In this document: positions 59,531-64,000 of the stretch, piece after piece
How positions within the stretch are numbered: position 1 is the stretch's first letter
Layout of the letters: each line of letters begins with the position of its first letter
Assembly (NCBI GenBank): GCA_951406725.2
Contig: OX597818.1
Coordinates: 47,864,001 to 47,928,000 of the forward strand
DNA length: 64,000 nt
Reading direction: 5' to 3'
From: Octopus vulgaris
Lineage: Eukaryota
The notes under the pieces: model-generated
Told to the model about the DNA's origin: nothing
The model's database searches: none
What the model saw: the letters and a program-made list of their open reading frames with translations, nothing else
Position numbers and translations under genes: made by a program

Positions 59531-60159
59531 GTATTTCTATTTATATCTATATACATGCGTATTTGTATGTTTGTGTGCACTCAAATGTATACACTATATA
59601 TAATTAAAAATTACACAATCTCGCACACACATACACACGCACGTACACAAATGTCGGCACAGTATGGTTGATAGTTCAAGAAGTTCCCTTCGCAACCACG
59701 AAGTTCCGGGTTCGATACCTTTGTATGTCAACCAGGGAAAGTATAATTTTTTTTATAAATTCGAATCATCCCGTGTGTTATAAAAGAAACCTGGGTGAAG
59801 GAAAAGCAGGTAGAAGACCATCTGTTTTACTGTACCCGTAATTGAATGGTTGAACTTTGCAACCCAGTTACACTGATTCAGTATGAGAGATTTGCATTAA
59901 GGGTTCCTGACTTTAGGGGTGTCGCGAAAGGCCTGGTTGGAGGCCCAACCTTCGGAATTCTTTCACAGAGCTTAGAAAAACTGAAGGACCGCTGCAATAA
60001 GGGTGGGAATCTGAGAGGGGAATATGTTGAATAGGATCATAATTAACTGATCCTCCTGTATTTTCTTTCACCCAAACCCAGGAACATTGTAGCACCCCCT
60101 CGTATACACACACACATACACACACACACAAACACACACACACACTCATATGTATACAC

Positions 60160-60367
60160 CAGTGGTTTTCAACCAGGGTTCCGCGGAACCTTAGGGTTCC
60201 GCCAGCACAGTCCAGGAAGTTACAAAACTGCTAAAATCGGCAGTAATTTTTAATTTTCCTGTGCAGATATGTGTGCATAAGACTATTAAATTATTGCACA
60301 GGGGTTCCCCGAGCCAGTGGAATGTTTCCTTGGGGTTCCGCTCCAGCAAAAAGTTTGAAAAGCACTG
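60160..60367. mobile_element. hAT-type MITE
   Basis: TIRs CAGTGGTTTTCAA / TTGAAAAGCACTG with an exact 8-bp TSD GTATACAC (60152-60159 and 60368-60375). Confidence 0.88.
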
Positions 60368-60813
60368 GTATACACACACATCTATCTTTCTATCTATCTG
60401 GATGGCACGTATGAATGACGAAGCCACCTTGCGCATAATCCTATGAACCCGGAAAAATTTAAAACAGAGAGTTACTTACTTGCAAATAAATGTGTTAACA
60501 TGTGACATTATTGACCGAGGTTACCGTGGTCTTTTCCGTAGGCTTTTCTTTCCACGGATAAACCTTGTCTGTTTTCCTCTTTACACTTTAAATCACGACA
60601 TTTCTGTGATACACGATCCCTATTGATCGTTTGTTTTTGTTTCTTTTTTAACGATCCCTTTTGATCGAAAACCTGCGCCCCTTTTATTTTTAATTTCTTT
60701 TTTCTAAAAATTAAAAAAATTTTATTTTTTAATGTTTTTTCTCCCCAAAAAGAAAAGTTCTACTTTGTAATTTGTCCCCTCTGTGATCAGCCCTGTGTGG
60801 CTAATAAAGAAAC

Positions 60814-60894
<81 letters not shown>

Positions 60895-61889
60895 CTCTAT
60901 CTATCTATCTATCTATCCTATTTATATTCTTTATAAAAAATCTTCCACTCACAAGGGCCGGTTTCCCAGTGTATAAATCCCCTACCTGGACGGGACGCCG
61001 GTCCGTCGCAGGATTTCTCATTTTGGCTGAGCGCACCGGGGCAACGTGATATGAAGTGTTTTGCTCAAGAACACAATACGTTGTCCGGTCCAGGATTCGA
61101 AACCACAATCTTGCGATCATGACCCCAACACCCTAACCACTAAGGCACGCGCCTTCACATTTATGTTCTTTATGTAAACACCACACCTGGAACCATCCCC
61201 ACGTTGTAACTGGAACTTACAGTGGATCGTGAAACTGCAAACCGGCGTGCATAAGTATATAATTTCATATACATGTATATTTATATGTATGTGTAGGTTG
61301 GGATCTTTTCGGTTTGAACGGCAGTTTTTTTCTAGCGGTGTCATATGAAATTGTCACCCATAATTATGACCCTAGTATCGATCTATTGCATTTCAATGTT
61401 TTAGGGTTAGGGTTAGGGTTAGGGGAGGGGGGAGGGGTATCTTTTTTTCTTTACAAATGTAAATAAACCCAATCTGTTTCTTGAACGAGGGACATATTCA
61501 AACGGCACAGAATGTTTTTACCTCAATGGACGTCATTGATTGGCTGAAATTGCAGAAATTGAAGAAGAAAAAAACAACAAATATCTTACAAATTATAGAA
61601 TTTTCTCAATAAAGCCAAAAGTAAAAGATGTTTTATAAACACATTCTACCAGTATACGAAGTTTAAAATTTTTGTAGTTACCTAGAAATTATGTTAAAAA
61701 CTGCCGTTCAAACCGGCAGGTTGAAGTTTTCGTGTACATGTATATGTAAGTGTTTGGACATATTCATAAATGCACGGATATATGCGGGAATATATATATG
61801 CGGCATTGTCTATATACGGTATATACACGGATATACAGATCTCGCCTCTAACTTGGTCTCCTTATTACTAAAATACCTTGATTCAGATG

Positions 61890-62140
61890 AATCCTACAAA
61901 TAATAACAATGGTGTTTTTATATAGGCTTAAAGCTTATGGCGATCACCGTGCGATGACTAAGGAAAATTGTTTAATAAAGGGGCATATAAGCCCTCGACT
62001 GAAAAAAGAAAGGAGAGCTTTCTTTTTTCTGTCGAGGGCTTTTATGCCTCTTCATTAGACTATTTTCTTTAGTCATTGCACGGTGATCGCCATAAGCTTT
62101 AAGCTTGTATAAAAATACCATTATTATTATTTGCAAGATT
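61890..62140. repeat. 251-bp hairpin (123-bp arms, 5-nt loop, no indels)
   Basis: Direct arm-to-arm comparison shows 14 substitutions. Confidence 0.9.
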
Positions 62141-62182
62141 GTAAAACCGGCGCCGTATAAAAAAACCATTCGCACCGAAAGC

Positions 62183-62213
<31 letters not shown>

Positions 62214-62685
62214 TCTTTTACTTGCTTCAGTCATTTGACAGCGGCAATGCTGGAGCACCGCCTTTAGGCGAGCAAATCGACCCCAGGACTTATTCTTTGT
62301 GAGGCAGTACTTATTCTATCGGTTGTCAAGCGATGTGGGGAGGGGGGGACAAACACACAAACACACACACACACACACACACGCACACGTATACGACAGG
62401 CTTCTTTCAGTTTCCGTCTACCATATCTACTCACAAGGCTTTGGTCGGCCCGAGGCTATAGCAGAAGACACTTGCCCAAGGTGCCACGCAGTGTGACTGA
62501 ACCCGGAACCATGTGGTTGGTAAACAAGCTACTTACCACACAGCCACTCCAGCGTCTATACATATGCACACATATATGTATGTACGCACTCACATGCATA
62601 TAGACCCACGTTTATAGAAACGGGAAAGAGGATTCAATAAAAGTATGACATCGGATGTGTAATTCCTCTGGCGACAAAAGCATAT

Positions 62686-62744
<59 letters not shown>

Positions 62745-62749
62745 TACAT

Positions 62750-62780
<31 letters not shown>

Positions 62781-62785
62781 TACAT

Positions 62786-62816
<31 letters not shown>

Positions 62817-63155
62817 TACATACATACATACATGCATTCATGCATGCATGCATGCATACATACATACATGCATGCATGCATACATACATACATACATACA
62901 TACATACATACATACTTACATACATGCATGCATGCATACATACGTACATACGTACATACATACATTTATGCATGCATGCACACACAGACAAACGTATCTG
63001 GTGACTGTGGGATAAAATAATTCGCTTCCTAATTACACGGTTTCGCGTTCAATCCCACTGCGTGGTACCTTCGCAAGTGTTTTCTACTATAGCCCCAGGC
63101 CGAACAAAGTTTTGTGAGTGGTTTTGATAGACGGAAACTGAAAGAAGCCCATCGT

Positions 63156-63187
<32 letters not shown>

Positions 63188-63194
63188 TATCATC

Positions 63195-63845
63195 ATCATT
63201 TAACGTCCGTTGTCCATGCTAGCATGGGTTGGAAGGTTCGACCAGGGTTGGCAAGCTGGAAGGCTGCACCAGACTCCAGTCTGTTTTGGCATGGTTCCTA
63301 CGGCTGGATGCCCTTCCTAACGCCATCCTCCCCGAGAGTGTAATGGGTGCGTTTACGTGCCACTGGCACGGGTGCCATTTGCGTGACCCCAGTATCTGCC
63401 ACGACTGCAGTTGTACTTGGCTTGATGGTTTATCTTCTGAAGCACAGCATAATGGCAAATGAACACGGTCATTGCCTCTGTGAGGCCCAACGCTCGAAAG
63501 GTACTTTTACATGCCACCGGTGACGGAGGCCATTAGCGTGACACCAGTATCTGCCAGATTGCGATTTTACTTAGCTTTATTGGTCTTCTTCTCAAGCACA
63601 ACATTATGTCAAAGGTCTCGGTCATTGCTTCTGTGAGGCCCAACATTCGAAAGGAGCTCAACCACTTTGCCTCCGTGAGGCTCAACGCTCGAATGGTGCT
63701 GTTTTACGTGCCACCTTCACGGGTGCCGGTTACGTGACACCAGCATCAGCCATGACCGCGATTTCACTTGGCTTGACAGGTCTTCTCAAGCACAGCATAT
63801 TGCCAAAGGTCTCGGTCACTAGCCATTACCCCTGCGAGGCTCACA
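63195..63845 (-). mobile_element. SINE/RTE-related element with an (ATG)n tail and degenerate internal tandem units
   Basis: GGCGTTAGGAAGGGCATCCAGCCG motif, a (CAT)n flank, and about three repeated units containing TGTGAGGCCCAACGCTCGAA. Confidence 0.5.
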
Positions 63846-64000
63846 GTTCGGAGCTCATGCTTCACCACCTCATCTCATGTCTTCCTGGCTCTACCTCTAC
63901 TAAAGATTCCCTCCACAGTTAGAGATCAGCACTTCTTTATACAGCTTTCCTCGTACATACGTATCACATTACCATGCCAGCGCACTCGTCTTTCTTGTAT

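Noticed and set aside
63470-63700. CTGTGAG...CTCGAAA motifs in tandem units as hammerheads
   Set aside because: The core lacks a nucleotide and no consistent stems I or III can be drawn.

Overview
Eukaryotic, AT-rich, microsatellite- and SINE-saturated DNA. The tRNA-derived SINE families and repeat density resemble an octopus genome (inference). Nearly all ORFs in the supplied track are microsatellite or repeat artefacts. One real gene is present on the minus strand and the ORF track shows only its first exon: a PRD-class (paired-like, Q50) homeobox gene. Its exons are 57368-56792 (poly-Ser and an eh1/octapeptide motif FSISSIL), 34988-34768 (homeodomain residues 1-46) and 15220-15095 (VWFQNRRAKWRKREK...), joined by phase-compatible GT-AG introns of about 21.8 and 19.5 kb. 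I could not place the 3' exon(s), and the homeodomain does not fit a standard PRD family cleanly. The introns and flanks hold SINEs, LINE 3' fragments (CR1-, RTE- and R4/Dong-like), a Penelope-like RT fragment, mariner, pogo, hAT and Helitron relics, and several fold-back elements. The most striking non-coding structure is a set of minimal hammerhead-ribozyme motifs in short modules inserted into (TA)n tracts. These include a canonical one in the sense orientation of intron 2 (29993-29890) and a 1.4-kb near-perfect palindrome (31093-32504) built from three different hammerhead-like modules with nested hairpins.
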